Positions 1 to 10,486 of a stretch of 64,000 nt of DNA are shown piece by piece; positions within the stretch are counted from its first letter, which is position 1, and each line of letters starts with the position of its first letter. Where the stretch lies: NCBI GenBank assembly GCA_964397255.1, contig CAYNHQ010000005.1:5103-69102 (forward strand). The letters are read 5' to 3'. The notes under the pieces are model-generated. The model saw only the letters and a program-made list of their open reading frames with translations. It searched no databases and was not told where the DNA came from. The translations under genes were made by a program, and so were the position numbers. The stretch comes from an uncultured bacterium (GTDB lineage Bacteria; Bdellovibrionota_G; JALEGL01; DATDPG01).

Positions 1-755
1 CCATCCTCCTCTGTGCTCTGGCAGGGATGGCACGCGCGGAACCGATTGAAACCCTTACTGAGGGTGGAGTGACCGTTACGTTTGAAAAGACCGGAGACTC
101 ACAACAAATTGACGAGTTTAAGAAAACGATTCTTCCCGAAATCAAAACAATTCTTTCCGACCTCTCAAGTGATTTGGGAGGAAATGCGAAAGGAGCGAAT
201 GTTTCATTTTTTTCGCCAGAAACCTATCACGCCCGTTTTCCTCAGACCGTCGATACACAAGTTCCCGCTTTTTATGACGGTAAAAATGTTTATGCGCGAG
301 CCGATAATGATCTTAACCATGCGCTCAAAGTGACGCTTCGGCACGAGTTGACACATCTCATCCTGGACCACGCCTACAGTCATATTCCGGGTTGGCTCAA
401 CGAGGGAATGGCGGAATTTCAGGAGCGGAAAATCACCACCGATCCAGCTCCGACATTCGTGGATTACAACACACTCCATATCGCCAAGCAGGATGGAAAA
501 TATATTTCTCTCTCCAGCTTGGAGGCGCAGGGAATTTTCAGTCGTTCAGAAGGAACGGTGACCGCGGGGCTTGGGTATACCACTGCCTATGTTGCCGTGT
601 ATGAGCTCAAAGAAAAATTCGGGATGAGTCAAATTCGGAATTATTTGGCGGCTCTGAGCAAGGGAGGAAACACCGGGATAGAGTTCCAAAAGACATTCGG
701 CATGCCTTACGACAAATTTAATGATTATTTACTAGAGAAGGCGGCAAAAAAATAA
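1..755 (+). CDS. Secreted zinc metallopeptidase, peptidase MA/gluzincin-like; 5' end lies upstream of the window
   Basis: HExxH (RHELTH) followed by WLNEGMAE. The frame is open from position 3 (ILLCALAGMARA-EP), which reads as the end of a signal peptide, so the ATG at 27 is internal. Confidence 0.8.
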   Translation, partial: ILLCALAGMARAEPIETLTEGGVTVTFEKTGDSQQIDEFKKTILPEIKTILSDLSSDLGGNAKGANVSFFSPETYHARFPQTVDTQVPAFYDGKNVYARADNDLNHALKVTLRHELTHLILDHAYSHIPGWLNEGMAEFQERKITTDPAPTFVDYNTLHIAKQDGKYISLSSLEAQGIFSRSEGTVTAGLGYTTAYVAVYELKEKFGMSQIRNYLAALSKGGNTGIEFQKTFGMPYDKFNDYLLEKAAKK

Positions 756-2288
756 ATGATTCTGGTTCTCGATTATGGCTCGCAGTACACACAACTGATC
801 GCAAGGCGAGTTCGCGAGAAAAACGTTTTCTCTCAAATCGTGCCGTTCAATTCGAATCTTGAGCCCTATCGTAAGCAAGTGGAAGGTCTGATTCTGGGAG
901 GCGGCCCGGCATCCGTTTATGAAGGTGAGGCTCCGCAGCTACCGAAGGAGATTCTGGAATGGAATGTCCCCATTCTTGGCATTTGTTATGGTGCACAACT
1001 TCTCATTCATGCAACCGGTGGGCGTGTGGAGCCCGCTACCGTCCGCGAGTTTGGCCGGGCGGAGATCACCGTTACCGAAGATGACGAGCTTTTTTTCGGC
1101 CTAAAAGGACCGGGGAAGAGTTTTCAAGTATGGATGAGTCACGGCGATCGGATCGAATCGCTCTCCTCGATGTTTGAAGTGGTGGCCACGTCGTCGAACT
1201 CTCCTTATGCGGGCATCCGAAATCGTGAAAAACGCTGGTACGGCGTTCAGTTTCATCCCGAGGTGACACACACGGCCATTGGAAGTGAAGTGCTGGAGAA
1301 TTTTCTTTTTCGAATATGCAGAGCCAAACCTGACTGGACGATGGAAAGCTTCGTTTCTGTTCAGATCGAACGGGTGAAAAAGCAAGTCGGAAATCAACAT
1401 GTCATTTGCGCTCTTTCGGGCGGTGTGGATTCTTCGGTGGTGGCGGTTCTCCTTCATAGAGCCGTGGGAGAGCAGTTAACGGCAATTTTCGTCGATACGG
1501 GACTCCTGCGTCTCCATGAACGACGGGAGGTGGAACGAAATTTTCGTGACCACTTCAACGTGGATCTTCGAGTCATCGACGCGTCGAAAGATTTTTTTGG
1601 CGCATTAAAGGGCATTACTGATCCGGAGGAAAAACGAAAAACGATCGGAAAACTTTTTATCGATGTGTTTGAACGCGAAGCAAAAACGATTCGCGATGCT
1701 TCGTTTTTGGCCCAGGGGACGCTCTATCCCGATGTGATTGAATCCATTTCCCATCGTGGGCCCTCACAAACGATTAAGAGCCATCACAATGTGGGCGGGC
1801 TGCCGGAAAAAATGAAATTGAAACTCGTCGAACCTCTTCGAGAGCTTTTCAAAGATGAAGTTCGGGAGCTTGGACGGCAACTGGGTCTTCCCGATCACTT
1901 CGTCAAGCGCCATCCTTTTCCGGGACCAGGCCTTGCCGTACGGATTTTAGGGGAAGTCACGCCTGAAAGGGTAGCGTTGTTGCAGAAGGCCGACGCGATT
2001 TTTATTGATGAGCTTCGAACCGATGGTCTCTATGACTCGGTTTGGCAGGCGTTTGCTGTACTTTTGCCGGTCCGATCCGTTGGCGTCATGGGAGATGTCC
2101 GAACATATGAGAATGTTTGTTCGCTTCGGGCGGTGGTGAGCCACGATGGAATGACAGCCGATTGGGCGGAGCTTCCTCACGCCTTTTTGGGCAAGGTCTC
2201 GAATCGAATTATCAATGAAGTCCGCGGCATCAACCGCGTGGTTTACGACATTTCCTCCAAACCCCCCGCCACCATCGAGTGGGAATAG
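756..2288 (+). CDS. guaA: GMP synthase (glutamine-hydrolysing)
   Basis: [43 protein letters not shown] and the C-terminal [15 protein letters not shown]. Confidence 0.99.
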   Translation: MILVLDYGSQYTQLIARRVREKNVFSQIVPFNSNLEPYRKQVEGLILGGGPASVYEGEAPQLPKEILEWNVPILGICYGAQLLIHATGGRVEPATVREFGRAEITVTEDDELFFGLKGPGKSFQVWMSHGDRIESLSSMFEVVATSSNSPYAGIRNREKRWYGVQFHPEVTHTAIGSEVLENFLFRICRAKPDWTMESFVSVQIERVKKQVGNQHVICALSGGVDSSVVAVLLHRAVGEQLTAIFVDTGLLRLHERREVERNFRDHFNVDLRVIDASKDFFGALKGITDPEEKRKTIGKLFIDVFEREAKTIRDASFLAQGTLYPDVIESISHRGPSQTIKSHHNVGGLPEKMKLKLVEPLRELFKDEVRELGRQLGLPDHFVKRHPFPGPGLAVRILGEVTPERVALLQKADAIFIDELRTDGLYDSVWQAFAVLLPVRSVGVMGDVRTYENVCSLRAVVSHDGMTADWAELPHAFLGKVSNRIINEVRGINRVVYDISSKPPATIEWE

Positions 2289-2291
2289 CAA

Positions 2292-2648
2292 CTATTTTTC
2301 ATCGATGATTTTGCAATTCGAAGTTCGGCGGGGTTTCGCCATGAGAGGCTCGGCAGCTTTTCGCCAGGCGGTGTAATAATCCGTTGCTTTGTGCTCCGAT
2401 ATGGCATTCTCGTCCTTATAGGTTTCGAACAGAAAAAATAGAGTTGGATCGTCCCTCGATTGATGAATCTCGAATCGTAAATTTCCCTGTTCAGCACGCG
2501 TTTTGGCCGCGATCGTTTTTGTAACTTCTATAAACTGATCGACGTTTTCCGCTTGTACGCTTACCTCGACGCACTTGACGACGACTTTCGCGTTAGGAGA
2601 CAAGAATTTGCCTCTGGAGCCCTTTGAAAAATCGTATTCTTTCTTCAT
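2292..2648 (-). CDS. Antibiotic-biosynthesis-monooxygenase (LsrG/YgiN-like) protein with an antitoxin-like N-terminal extension
   Basis: ABM core VEVSV..ENVDQF..EQGNLRFEIHQSRDDPTLFFLFETY..HK.T.YY..WR. Likely start MKKEYDFSKG at 2648, 5 nt after the hicA stop. Confidence 0.8.
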   Translation of the reverse strand: MKKEYDFSKGSRGKFLSPNAKVVVKCVEVSVQAENVDQFIEVTKTIAAKTRAEQGNLRFEIHQSRDDPTLFFLFETYKDENAISEHKATDYYTAWRKAAEPLMAKPRRTSNCKIIDEK

Positions 2649-2653
2649 GATTT

Positions 2654-2893
2654 CTACGCATTTTGAAACGCTTTTAAAAACTCTTCCCGCGATATCCCTG
2701 ACTGGTTGCATATAGTTCTTAGAGTCGAACCTTTGATATACCGATGATTTGGCATGGTGAGTGGTATGAATGTCCCGTTTGCGTTTTCGCGAATCATGGA
2801 TATGTGTTCGCGTTCTCGGACGACACGGAACCCCAAGTTTTCAAGAGCTTTTATGACTTTTCGCTTTGGCGCATCGACCGGAAATTTTGCCAT
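2654..2893 (-). CDS. hicA: HicA-family mRNA interferase toxin
   Basis: 79 aa with KVIKALENLGFRVVREREHISM and LTMPNHRYIKGSTLRTICNQSGIS (HicA dsRBD-like pattern). Confidence 0.88.
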   Translation of the reverse strand: MAKFPVDAPKRKVIKALENLGFRVVREREHISMIRENANGTFIPLTMPNHRYIKGSTLRTICNQSGISREEFLKAFQNA

Positions 2894-3114
2894 TAAGCTA
2901 CTTTGGCTTCAGCGATAAATGCGTCTAGCACAGGGGGATCAAGGGCCAATACCTTCTTTCCAAAACTTTTGATGTGAAAGCGAATCGCCGACTTCACATC
3001 TTTCAAGGCCGATTCATAGGTATCTCCTTCTCCTACAACCACACCTCTTAACCCAATAGGATAGGCCACGTAACCATCCGAATGCTTTTCAACAATGATC
3101 TTGTAAAATTTCAT
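2893..3114 (-). CDS. hicB: HicB-family antitoxin, short form with no DNA-binding domain
   Basis: YKIIVEKHSDGYVAYPIGLRGVVVGEGDTYESALKDVKSAIRFHI. Start at 3114 or 3120 with AGGA upstream; TAATG coupling to hicA. Confidence 0.85.
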   Translation of the reverse strand: MKFYKIIVEKHSDGYVAYPIGLRGVVVGEGDTYESALKDVKSAIRFHIKSFGKKVLALDPPVLDAFIAEAKVA

Positions 3115-3136
3115 AGCCATTTGTCCTGTGTCAAAA

Positions 3137-3145
3137 ATTATATCA
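3137..3145 (-). promoter_or_regulatory. Extended -10 promoter (TGnTATAAT) of the hicB-hicA-ABM unit
   Basis: The minus strand reads TGA-TATAAT about 20 nt upstream of the hicB start. Confidence 0.5.
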
Positions 3146-3206
3146 TACATTCCGAACACTGGCTTTACCTTGGCCAAGGGGCGTCAAAACTTCGTAAATT
3201 CTCCCC

Positions 3207-3235
3207 TTGCCGGAAGGGTGGGGATTTCGTAAGTT
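3207..3235 (+). promoter_or_regulatory. Sigma70-type promoter of dnaE (probably leaderless)
   Basis: TTGCCG-N17-TAAGTT-N8-ATG(3244), with no Shine-Dalgarno. Confidence 0.5.
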
Positions 3236-3243
3236 GCCCCCTC

Positions 3244-6200
3244 ATGAGTTTCGTTCATCTCCATCTCCACTCTCAATACTCGCTTTTGGATGGCGCGATC
3301 ACGGTGGAGGGGATGTTGGAGAGGGCGAAGTCCACAGGAATGCCGGCGGTGGCCCTGACCGACCATGGCAATCTTTTCGGGGTGTTGGAGTTTTACCACG
3401 CCGCGAAAGCTTCAGAAATTCAACCGATTATCGGGATCGAGGGGTACATCACGCAGGGAGATCGCCGAGAGAAATCGCACCAATATCCCACCCACCACAT
3501 CGTTCTTCTTGCCAAGAATGAAAAGGGGCTCCGAAACCTTTATCGCCTGGTGACGCTGGCGAATTTTGAAGGCTATTACTACAAACCCAGAATGGACCGA
3601 GAAATCCTTCGCAAATATAGCGAGGGACTAATTGGTTTATCCGCCTGCCTCAACGGTGTTCCCTCAAAGTATATTCAGGACGGGCGGGATGATATGGCCG
3701 CGCAAGCCGTCGTCGAGTATCGCGAAATTTTTGGCCATGAGAATTACTACATCGAAATCATGGACAATGGCCTTCCGGAGCAAAAGAAGGTCAATCCCCA
3801 GCTGATCGATTTAGCCAAGCGCTATTCCATTCCGATCGTTGGCACGAACGATTGTCACTATCTCAACCAAGGAGATGCTAAAGTTCACGATGCTCTTCTT
3901 TGCATTGGGACGGGAAAAAGCGTCCAAGACCAAGATCGGATGAAATTCTATAACGACCAGTTTTATATGAAATCACCCGAAGAAATGCGAAACGTTTTCT
4001 CTGAAATCCCGGAAGCCGTTTCCAACACGCTTGAAATTGCCAAGAAGTGCAAACTCTCCCTCAAAGTCGGCAACTATCATATGCCTCGATTTCAACTCCC
4101 TGAGGGAAAGACCGTGGAAGCATATCTCGAAGAAGTTGCAAAAAAAGGATTGGAACAACGACTTCCGGAAATTAAATCTGCTTATGAAAGGGAAGGGAGA
4201 GACTCCAAAGATTTAGCCGATCAATACTTTAGCCGCTTGCAACTGGAGCTAGAAACGATTCGGAAAACGGGATTTGCCGGGTACTTTTTGATCGTCGCCG
4301 ATTTTATCAATCATGCCAAAGAGAAAGATATTCCCGTCGGCCCGGGAAGAGGATCGGCCGCGGGGAGCCTGGTGGCCTACGCGACAAAGATCACCGACAT
4401 CGACCCCGTTCGATACGATCTTCTCTTCGAACGCTTTTTGAACCCCGAACGGATTTCCATGCCAGATATCGATGTCGACTTTTGCCAGGAGGGGCGCGAC
4501 GAAGTGATCAAATATGTCGCGGATAAATATGGCGGCTCGAGTTCGATGGAAGAAACACGTGTCGCCCAAATCACGACATTTGGGAAAATGCAGGCCCGCG
4601 CCGTGATTCGCGATGTGGGCCGGGTGCTCAATATGTCCTATAGCGAAGTCGATCGGATTGCGAAACTGGTACCTGGAGTGCTTAACATCACGCTCGAAGA
4701 AGCGTTTGCGCAGGAACCCAAATTTACCGACCTTCGAAAGAAAGACCCCCGCGTGGATGAACTCTTGACGATTGCATCCTCGCTCGAGGGCCTCACGCGC
4801 CACGCGTCGGTCCACGCCGCCGGCGTCGTGATTTCAGATGACCGGCCGCTTGTGGATCACCTGCCGCTATACAAGGGACAACATGATGAGGTGGTTACAC
4901 AGTGGGACATGAAGGGAGTTGAAAAAGTCGGTCTCATTAAATTCGACTTTCTGGGGCTCAAGACGCTGACGCTGCTGAAACAGGCGGTGAAAATGGTTGA
5001 GCAGACAAAGGGAGAGAAAATCAATCTTCTTCAGCTCGATATGAATGATCTCAATGTGTACGATCTCTTAGGCAGAGGCGACACGCAGGGGATCTTCCAG
5101 CTGGAATCATCGGGCATGGTGGATCTGGTGGTGAAGCTCAAACCATCCGCTTTTGAAGATATTGTGGCTCTTGTTGCTCTCTACCGCCCAGGGCCGCTGG
5201 GTTCGGGAATGGTCGATGACTTCATCCAGCGAAAACATGGACGCACGCCAATCGTTTATGATCTTCCTCAGCTCGAAACGATTCTTAAGGAAACCTACGG
5301 AATCATTCTATATCAGGAACAGGTCATGCAAATTGCCGCACTCCTTGCTAACTATTCGCTAGGCGAGGCCGATCTTCTTCGGCGAGCGATGGGAAAGAAA
5401 ATCCCCGAGGAAATGGCCAAACAAGAAGCTCGCTTTTTGGATGGCTGCCGAAAAAACAAGATTTCTGAAACAAAGGCGAAACGAATTTTCGATTTAATGG
5501 AAAAGTTCGCCGGTTATGGTTTTAACAAATCACATTCCGCGGGTTACGCGCTAATCGCGTATCAGACCGCCTTCATGAAAGCGCATTATCCGGTGGAATT
5601 CATGGCTGCATGCCTTTCAATCGATCGCGACAATACCGATCGCTTGGCCGTTCTTCTTTCCGACTGTCGTGCCCAGGAAATTGAAGTGCTGCCTCCCGAT
5701 GTCAACGAAAGCCGTCTGGATTTTACGGTCATCGATGGACGCATCCGCTTTGGTCTGGCGGCTGTGAAAAACGTAGGTGACGGAGCCATCGAAGCAATGA
5801 TCGAATCGCGAACCAAAGAAGGCCCCTTTGCCGATCTTTTTGATTTTTGTCGTCGCGTGGATCTTCGCCGGGTGAACCGGAGGGTTATTGAATCGCTCAT
5901 CAAGTGCGGAGCATTTGATTCCACGGGAGGACGGCGGGCTCAAATGATCGCCTCGATCGATCGGGCCATGGATGTCGCTTCCCAGGCCCAACAGGACCGC
6001 ATCAGCGGCCAAGCCAATTTATTTGGAACACTCATGGCTTCGCCAGTGGCCGCTACAAATTATACGGATGCGGAGGAATGGGATGAGCTCACACGCCTCA
6101 AAGCCGAAAAAGAATCGATCGGGATTTATGTCACGGGGCACCCGCTTTTAAAATTTTCAGAAACGCTCGGCCGATACGCCAATGCCGATACCGGGCGTCT

Positions 6201-6720
6201 GGCCGAACTTCCCGACCAATCTACGGCTCGAATCGGAGGGATGGTGACGAAGCTCAAAGAGATCACCACTCGGAAAGGGGATCGGATGGCGTTTGTCACG
6301 CTCGAAGACCTCACCGGAAGTGTGGAGATCATTGTGTTTGCCGATGTGTATCGGCAAAAGAGCGATCTATTTAAGAGCGAGGATCCGATTTTTGTCGTCG
6401 GAAAACTCGATATCGGCGAAGATCAACCCAAAGTCATTGCGTCTGATGCTATTTCATTGACGGAAGCCGCAAAACTTTTTTCGGGAGCTGTTCATATTTC
6501 CGTCGATGCCACGCAAGTCCTTGAAACCAAATTGACTGATCTCAAGTCGATTCTTCTTCGGCATAAGGGGGTAAGTCCCGTGGTTCTGCATTTCCGAATT
6601 CCGGGTAAATCGGAGACGGTGTTGACTTTACCCAGGGATATATCTCTTGATCCCTCGGGGGCCTTCATTAGTGATGTTCAGCAGCTCCTCGGTGGTGCCG
6701 TCGAGGTCAGCTTCAATTAA
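3244..6720 (+). CDS. dnaE: DNA polymerase III alpha subunit
   Basis: PHP domain FVHLHLHSQYSLLDGA, GPGRGSAAGS, PDIDVDF, FNKSHS and an OB-fold. The real start is ATG 3244, not 3082. Confidence 0.99.
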   Translation: MSFVHLHLHSQYSLLDGAITVEGMLERAKSTGMPAVALTDHGNLFGVLEFYHAAKASEIQPIIGIEGYITQGDRREKSHQYPTHHIVLLAKNEKGLRNLYRLVTLANFEGYYYKPRMDREILRKYSEGLIGLSACLNGVPSKYIQDGRDDMAAQAVVEYREIFGHENYYIEIMDNGLPEQKKVNPQLIDLAKRYSIPIVGTNDCHYLNQGDAKVHDALLCIGTGKSVQDQDRMKFYNDQFYMKSPEEMRNVFSEIPEAVSNTLEIAKKCKLSLKVGNYHMPRFQLPEGKTVEAYLEEVAKKGLEQRLPEIKSAYEREGRDSKDLADQYFSRLQLELETIRKTGFAGYFLIVADFINHAKEKDIPVGPGRGSAAGSLVAYATKITDIDPVRYDLLFERFLNPERISMPDIDVDFCQEGRDEVIKYVADKYGGSSSMEETRVAQITTFGKMQARAVIRDVGRVLNMSYSEVDRIAKLVPGVLNITLEEAFAQEPKFTDLRKKDPRVDELLTIASSLEGLTRHASVHAAGVVISDDRPLVDHLPLYKGQHDEVVTQWDMKGVEKVGLIKFDFLGLKTLTLLKQAVKMVEQTKGEKINLLQLDMNDLNVYDLLGRGDTQGIFQLESSGMVDLVVKLKPSAFEDIVALVALYRPGPLGSGMVDDFIQRKHGRTPIVYDLPQLETILKETYGIILYQEQVMQIAALLANYSLGEADLLRRAMGKKIPEEMAKQEARFLDGCRKNKISETKAKRIFDLMEKFAGYGFNKSHSAGYALIAYQTAFMKAHYPVEFMAACLSIDRDNTDRLAVLLSDCRAQEIEVLPPDVNESRLDFTVIDGRIRFGLAAVKNVGDGAIEAMIESRTKEGPFADLFDFCRRVDLRRVNRRVIESLIKCGAFDSTGGRRAQMIASIDRAMDVASQAQQDRISGQANLFGTLMASPVAATNYTDAEEWDELTRLKAEKESIGIYVTGHPLLKFSETLGRYANADTGRLAELPDQSTARIGGMVTKLKEITTRKGDRMAFVTLEDLTGSVEIIVFADVYRQKSDLFKSEDPIFVVGKLDIGEDQPKVIASDAISLTEAAKLFSGAVHISVDATQVLETKLTDLKSILLRHKGVSPVVLHFRIPGKSETVLTLPRDISLDPSGAFISDVQQLLGGAVEVSFN

Positions 6721-7088
6721 CCGATGGCGCGGTGATATTGAAAAAGAGAGATCGCGATCCAGAGGACGCCGAAGAACAGAAACATCGTTCCAAACATCCG
6801 GGCGATTTTTTCAGCGGCGGTGGGATGCTCGGGGGTCGTAAACTTTCGTCGAACGGCATAACCTCCTCCCACCATCCAGAGAAGACCAAATCCGATCGAG
6901 GCTCCAAGCCGAAGCGGTGGAGAAAGCCCTTCGATGAAGCGTATGGCGAAAAGTAATCCGATTGTCGCTGCCGTTAGAGGAAGCGCCCACGTGATGAAAA
7001 TTTCTTTTGGGATCTGACCGAGGAGAACGCCGATGATCAGTGGAACGAGAATCGCCGATCCGGCGAAGAGCAGAACCGTTTTATCCAA
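6717..7088 (-). CDS. Hypothetical membrane protein (about 4 TM helices)
   Basis: 123-aa hydrophobic ORF overlapping the pfkA stop; convergent with dnaE. Confidence 0.65.
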   Translation of the reverse strand: MDKTVLLFAGSAILVPLIIGVLLGQIPKEIFITWALPLTAATIGLLFAIRFIEGLSPPLRLGASIGFGLLWMVGGGYAVRRKFTTPEHPTAAEKIARMFGTMFLFFGVLWIAISLFQYHRAIG

Positions 7089-8121
7089 AGAGCCCCTTCG
7101 CCATGTCGTAGATATGAGAGGGGACCGTTTTGAGTTCTGCCACAGCCGAATCCAGAGGGGCGGTGGTTAACTTTCCTCCGGTAAAGACCGGCATTTTTCC
7201 AAATTCCCCTTTAAGAACCAATTCCATCGCTCGCATCCCATATGCAGTTGCCAAAATACGGTCGAAGGCTGTCGGCGAGCCTCCACGCTGAATATGGCCC
7301 AAGTTGGTCGAACGAGTATCGTAACCCGTCTGTTTCTTGATCATTTTGGCAACTAATTCACCGATGCCACCCAACTGAACATGGCCAAAGGAATCGACGG
7401 CCTCTGCCGAAGCGCTCTCGATTTCTTTTCCATTCTCGCCAATCAGTTTGGCGCCTTCGGCTACCGCGACGATGGCATATTTCTTCCCTCTCTTTTTACA
7501 GGACTCCACCGTAGCGCAGAGTTCCTTGAGCGACATCGGAAATTCCGGAACGAGGATGGCGTCTGCTCCGCCCGCCAGGCCACCGCAAGTGGCCAACCAG
7601 CCGGCATGCCTTCCCATGATCTCGACGATCATCACCCGCTCATGTGATTCGGCCGTCGTTCGGATTCGATCGATGGCTTCTGTGACGATTTCGAGGGCGG
7701 TTTCAAAACCGATTGTGAAATCCGTAGCGTTGAGGTCATTGTCGATGGTTTTCGCGGCACCGACGACCTTGATTCCCTCTTTGAAGAGTTTGGCGGCCAC
7801 GCCCAGCGTATCCTCCCCGCCGATGACGATCAGGCCGTCGAGACGATTTGCCTTCATCGATTCGCGAATGGCATCGGTTCCATTTTTTTCTTTGTAGGGA
7901 TTGGTCCGTGAAGTGCCGAGAATCGTTCCCCCCCTCGAGAGTAAATCATCAATTCCTTCCAAACCGATCGCTTTGGTTTGATTTTTGAGAATGCCCTTCC
8001 AGCCCTGAAGAAATCCGATGACTTCCCAATTTTTTTTAGTTGCGGTTCGAACGACAGCGCGAATGGCGGCATTAAGCCCCGGGCAATCTCCGCCCCCCGT
8101 TAAAATTCCGACACGTCCCAT
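7081..8121 (-). CDS. pfkA: 6-phosphofructokinase (ATP-dependent, PfkA family)
   Basis: GGDCPGLNA, GGTILGTSR, GGEDT, KTIDND, EIMGRHAGW and LGHIQRGG. Confidence 0.96.
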   Translation of the reverse strand: MGRVGILTGGGDCPGLNAAIRAVVRTATKKNWEVIGFLQGWKGILKNQTKAIGLEGIDDLLSRGGTILGTSRTNPYKEKNGTDAIRESMKANRLDGLIVIGGEDTLGVAAKLFKEGIKVVGAAKTIDNDLNATDFTIGFETALEIVTEAIDRIRTTAESHERVMIVEIMGRHAGWLATCGGLAGGADAILVPEFPMSLKELCATVESCKKRGKKYAIVAVAEGAKLIGENGKEIESASAEAVDSFGHVQLGGIGELVAKMIKKQTGYDTRSTNLGHIQRGGSPTAFDRILATAYGMRAMELVLKGEFGKMPVFTGGKLTTAPLDSAVAELKTVPSHIYDMAKGLFG

Positions 8122-8181
8122 GATTTTTCCTTCGTGAGAAAAGAGTCTGCAGCGAAAACTGCCGAGCGCAAGTAAAACGCT

Positions 8182-8385
8182 TTACGCCGTTTTTGTTACG
8201 TTTGCAGCATAAAGGCCTTTTGGGCCTTCTAAACAATCGAAGGAGACTTCCTCTCCTTCTCGAAGGGTTCGAAATCCATCACCTTGAATCGCGGAATAGT
8301 GAACAAATACATCTTTCTTTTCCTCGTTTTCAATGAAACCAAACCCTTTGCTGTCATTGAACCACTTCACTTTGCCTATCGCCAT
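8182..8385 (-). CDS. cspA: Cold-shock domain protein
   Basis: [15 protein letters not shown] and DVFVHYSAI (RNP1/RNP2); GGAGG RBS. The paralogue name is uncertain. Confidence 0.97.
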   Translation of the reverse strand: MAIGKVKWFNDSKGFGFIENEEKKDVFVHYSAIQGDGFRTLREGEEVSFDCLEGPKGLYAANVTKTA

Positions 8386-8526
8386 TCCGGGGAACCTCCA
8401 AGTTCTTTCTCCGGGATACCGGGAAGAATAAATTCGTCAACCATTTTTGCACTCCTCCCAGCCCAACCCACTGATTTAAACACCAACGTCAAATTATTTT
8501 ATACATATATCAAATTTGACGAGAAA

Positions 8527-9336
8527 CTAATGGGAAGAAGGGGGGATTGTAAAAATCGCACCGTCTTGGCAAACGAGTGAGTAACCTTCCAGTGTATGGA
8601 CCCCCGGATGGGGAGTCACACAGCTCAAACAAACGCCCATCCCGCATCCCATCTTGGTTTCCAAAGATGCGCTGACCGGAACATAAGCTTTTTTTCCAAA
8701 ATCGATGACGCGATCCAGCATCTTTTCAGGACCGCAGGTCAGGATTTCGTCGGCGGGAGAATTTTTCCATTCTTTCTCCAAGAGATCGATGGCCGTCCCA
8801 CGAAAATCTCCTCCACCCCCCTCCACGGCGCAAAGAGGCCGAATTTCAGTGGCGCGAAAATCGCGGACGATCGCTAACTGATCTCTGTTTCGAAAACCAA
8901 AAAGAATTCGCACATTTTTCTTTTGCGCTTTTTGAAGCGATTTTCCCCACAAAAGAAAAGGTGCGATTCCCACTCCCCCGGCGACCACCACAGTTTTTCG
9001 ATCTCTCGCTGGAATAGAAAAAGAGTTCCCGATGACACCGAGTAGGGAAAGTTCCGTTCCTTTTGTCAGCTGACTCATCCGCGCGGTTCCGCGACCCACA
9101 ATCGAGTAGAGAAGGTCCACTTCGACTCTTCCTGTTTTTTTTCGCTGATCATAAATGGCCATCGGGCGGCGAAGTAAGATGTCCGGCTCGCCTCCGACCG
9201 AGAGCATGATGAACTCCCCTCCCACGGAAGAAGGGAAACGGGCGGGAAGATCCAGCGTCATCACACGATAGCCGCGGCCTCTTTCGACGTTGGATCGAAC
9301 CCTGCCGATCCATTCCCTCGTGTTTTTTCGTTTCAT
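8527..9336 (-). CDS. pyrK: Dihydroorotate dehydrogenase electron-transfer subunit (FAD/2Fe-2S)
   Basis: LRRPMAI, VAGGVGIAP, TCGPEKM and the MGCGMGVCLSC..C [2Fe-2S] motif. Confidence 0.85.
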   Translation of the reverse strand: MKRKNTREWIGRVRSNVERGRGYRVMTLDLPARFPSSVGGEFIMLSVGGEPDILLRRPMAIYDQRKKTGRVEVDLLYSIVGRGTARMSQLTKGTELSLLGVIGNSFSIPARDRKTVVVAGGVGIAPFLLWGKSLQKAQKKNVRILFGFRNRDQLAIVRDFRATEIRPLCAVEGGGGDFRGTAIDLLEKEWKNSPADEILTCGPEKMLDRVIDFGKKAYVPVSASLETKMGCGMGVCLSCVTPHPGVHTLEGYSLVCQDGAIFTIPPSSH

Positions 9337-9797
9337 GTCAGCTCGCTCTTTTTCAAGGGGGCGAGTTTGGCCACCATGACAATCGCCGCTTCCCGCTCCC
9401 CCGGATAGTAATCTTTCCTTCTTCCCACCGGGGTATAGCCGAATTTCTTGTAAAGCGCTTGCGCTCCCACATTCGATTCTCGAACCTCCAGGTAGGCGTG
9501 AAGCCTTCCATGTTTTCTCGCGATCTGATGGACATATTCGAGGAGTTTTACCGCCACACCGCCTCTGCGAAAATTCGGATGAACAGCCACATTCAGCACG
9601 TGAATTTCATCGGCCACCTCGGCGAAAACCGAATACCCCACCAGCTTCCCCTCGGATTTCGCTCCAATTGTTTGAAACGAGTCTCCCTCCAACACTTCAC
9701 GAAACGACTCGCGCGACCATGGTGTACGAAACGACTTCTGCTCGATTTCCACAATGGCTGTCAAATCGCTCTTTAAAAGAGGTTCGAGGCGAATCAT
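9333..9797 (-). CDS. rimI: Ribosomal protein S18-alanine N-acetyltransferase (GNAT)
   Basis: IEQKSFRTPWS, HVLNVAVHPNFRRGG, LEVRESN..AQALY.KFG and RKDYY. Confidence 0.92.
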   Translation of the reverse strand: MIRLEPLLKSDLTAIVEIEQKSFRTPWSRESFREVLEGDSFQTIGAKSEGKLVGYSVFAEVADEIHVLNVAVHPNFRRGGVAVKLLEYVHQIARKHGRLHAYLEVRESNVGAQALYKKFGYTPVGRRKDYYPGEREAAIVMVAKLAPLKKSELT

Positions 9798-10486
9798 GGT
9801 GCCGGCGTCTTACGATTCTCCGGCGAAGGAAGCAAGATAATCTCGGTATGTCGTTTTTCCGTTTCGAGCCAACGATTGAATTCCTTTTCGACTCGATCTC
9901 GTTTTAAGTCTGCGCGCACGATCGACTCGACCGAGGCATAGGGTTTTCCCAAAAATCGAGAATCCTTCTTCTCATTATAATAGGCATGAAGATCTTTTTC
10001 CATAATAACCACGCGACTGGGAATTAGTTTTTCAAAAAACATCCGCTCATGCAGTCGATCTTCCAGCATTTGATCGAGCATTTGTGAATCAATTCCCTGA
10101 GCATCGAAAAGACTTTTATTCTTTTCGTAATTAATCTCTCGTCGTGCCGCCGCCAATTCCGCCGGAGTAATGGGGTGGAGCAAACCCGTGCTGACCAGAT
10201 AATTCTTAATCATTACTTGCTGAATCAGCGCGTTCCGCGTTTTATCGGCGTCACTTGAATCTGTGACCTTCTTTCCCTCTTTCTTCACTTCCAACGAAAG
10301 AAGAAGCTGGTAGTTTTCGACCTCGCGCTTGGTAATGGCCGACTGCCCGACAGTGGCGACGGTCATATCAATCAGTGTCGAAGAAAACGCAGGAATGGAA
10401 AGGAGAAGAAGAAAGAAGCTACGTTTGAGGGGGAGAAGAAGGCTCTTCCGCCTCGAGGCTCTTTTCCTTCTGCTCCTTGCCGTCAT
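9794..10486 (-). CDS. Exported SurA/PrsA N-terminal-domain-like chaperone (no PPIase domain)
   Basis: Signal-like [12 protein letters not shown], then [18 protein letters not shown] and a C-terminal helix ending [14 protein letters not shown]. Start uncertain; overlaps the spoVR end. Confidence 0.55.
   Translation of the reverse strand: MTARSRRKRASRRKSLLLPLKRSFFLLLLSIPAFSSTLIDMTVATVGQSAITKREVENYQLLLSLEVKKEGKKVTDSSDADKTRNALIQQVMIKNYLVSTGLLHPITPAELAAARREINYEKNKSLFDAQGIDSQMLDQMLEDRLHERMFFEKLIPSRVVIMEKDLHAYYNEKKDSRFLGKPYASVESIVRADLKRDRVEKEFNRWLETEKRHTEIILLPSPENRKTPAP

Noticed and set aside
3082-3243. Long N-terminal extension of DnaE
   Set aside because: It overlaps hicB and both promoters; the PHP domain starts at 3244. 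No intein was seen in DnaE.
8386-8526. Hairpin-forming sequence in the csp 5' region
   Set aside because: Structured csp leaders are established, the stems are imperfect, and I could not define a specific RNA family by eye.
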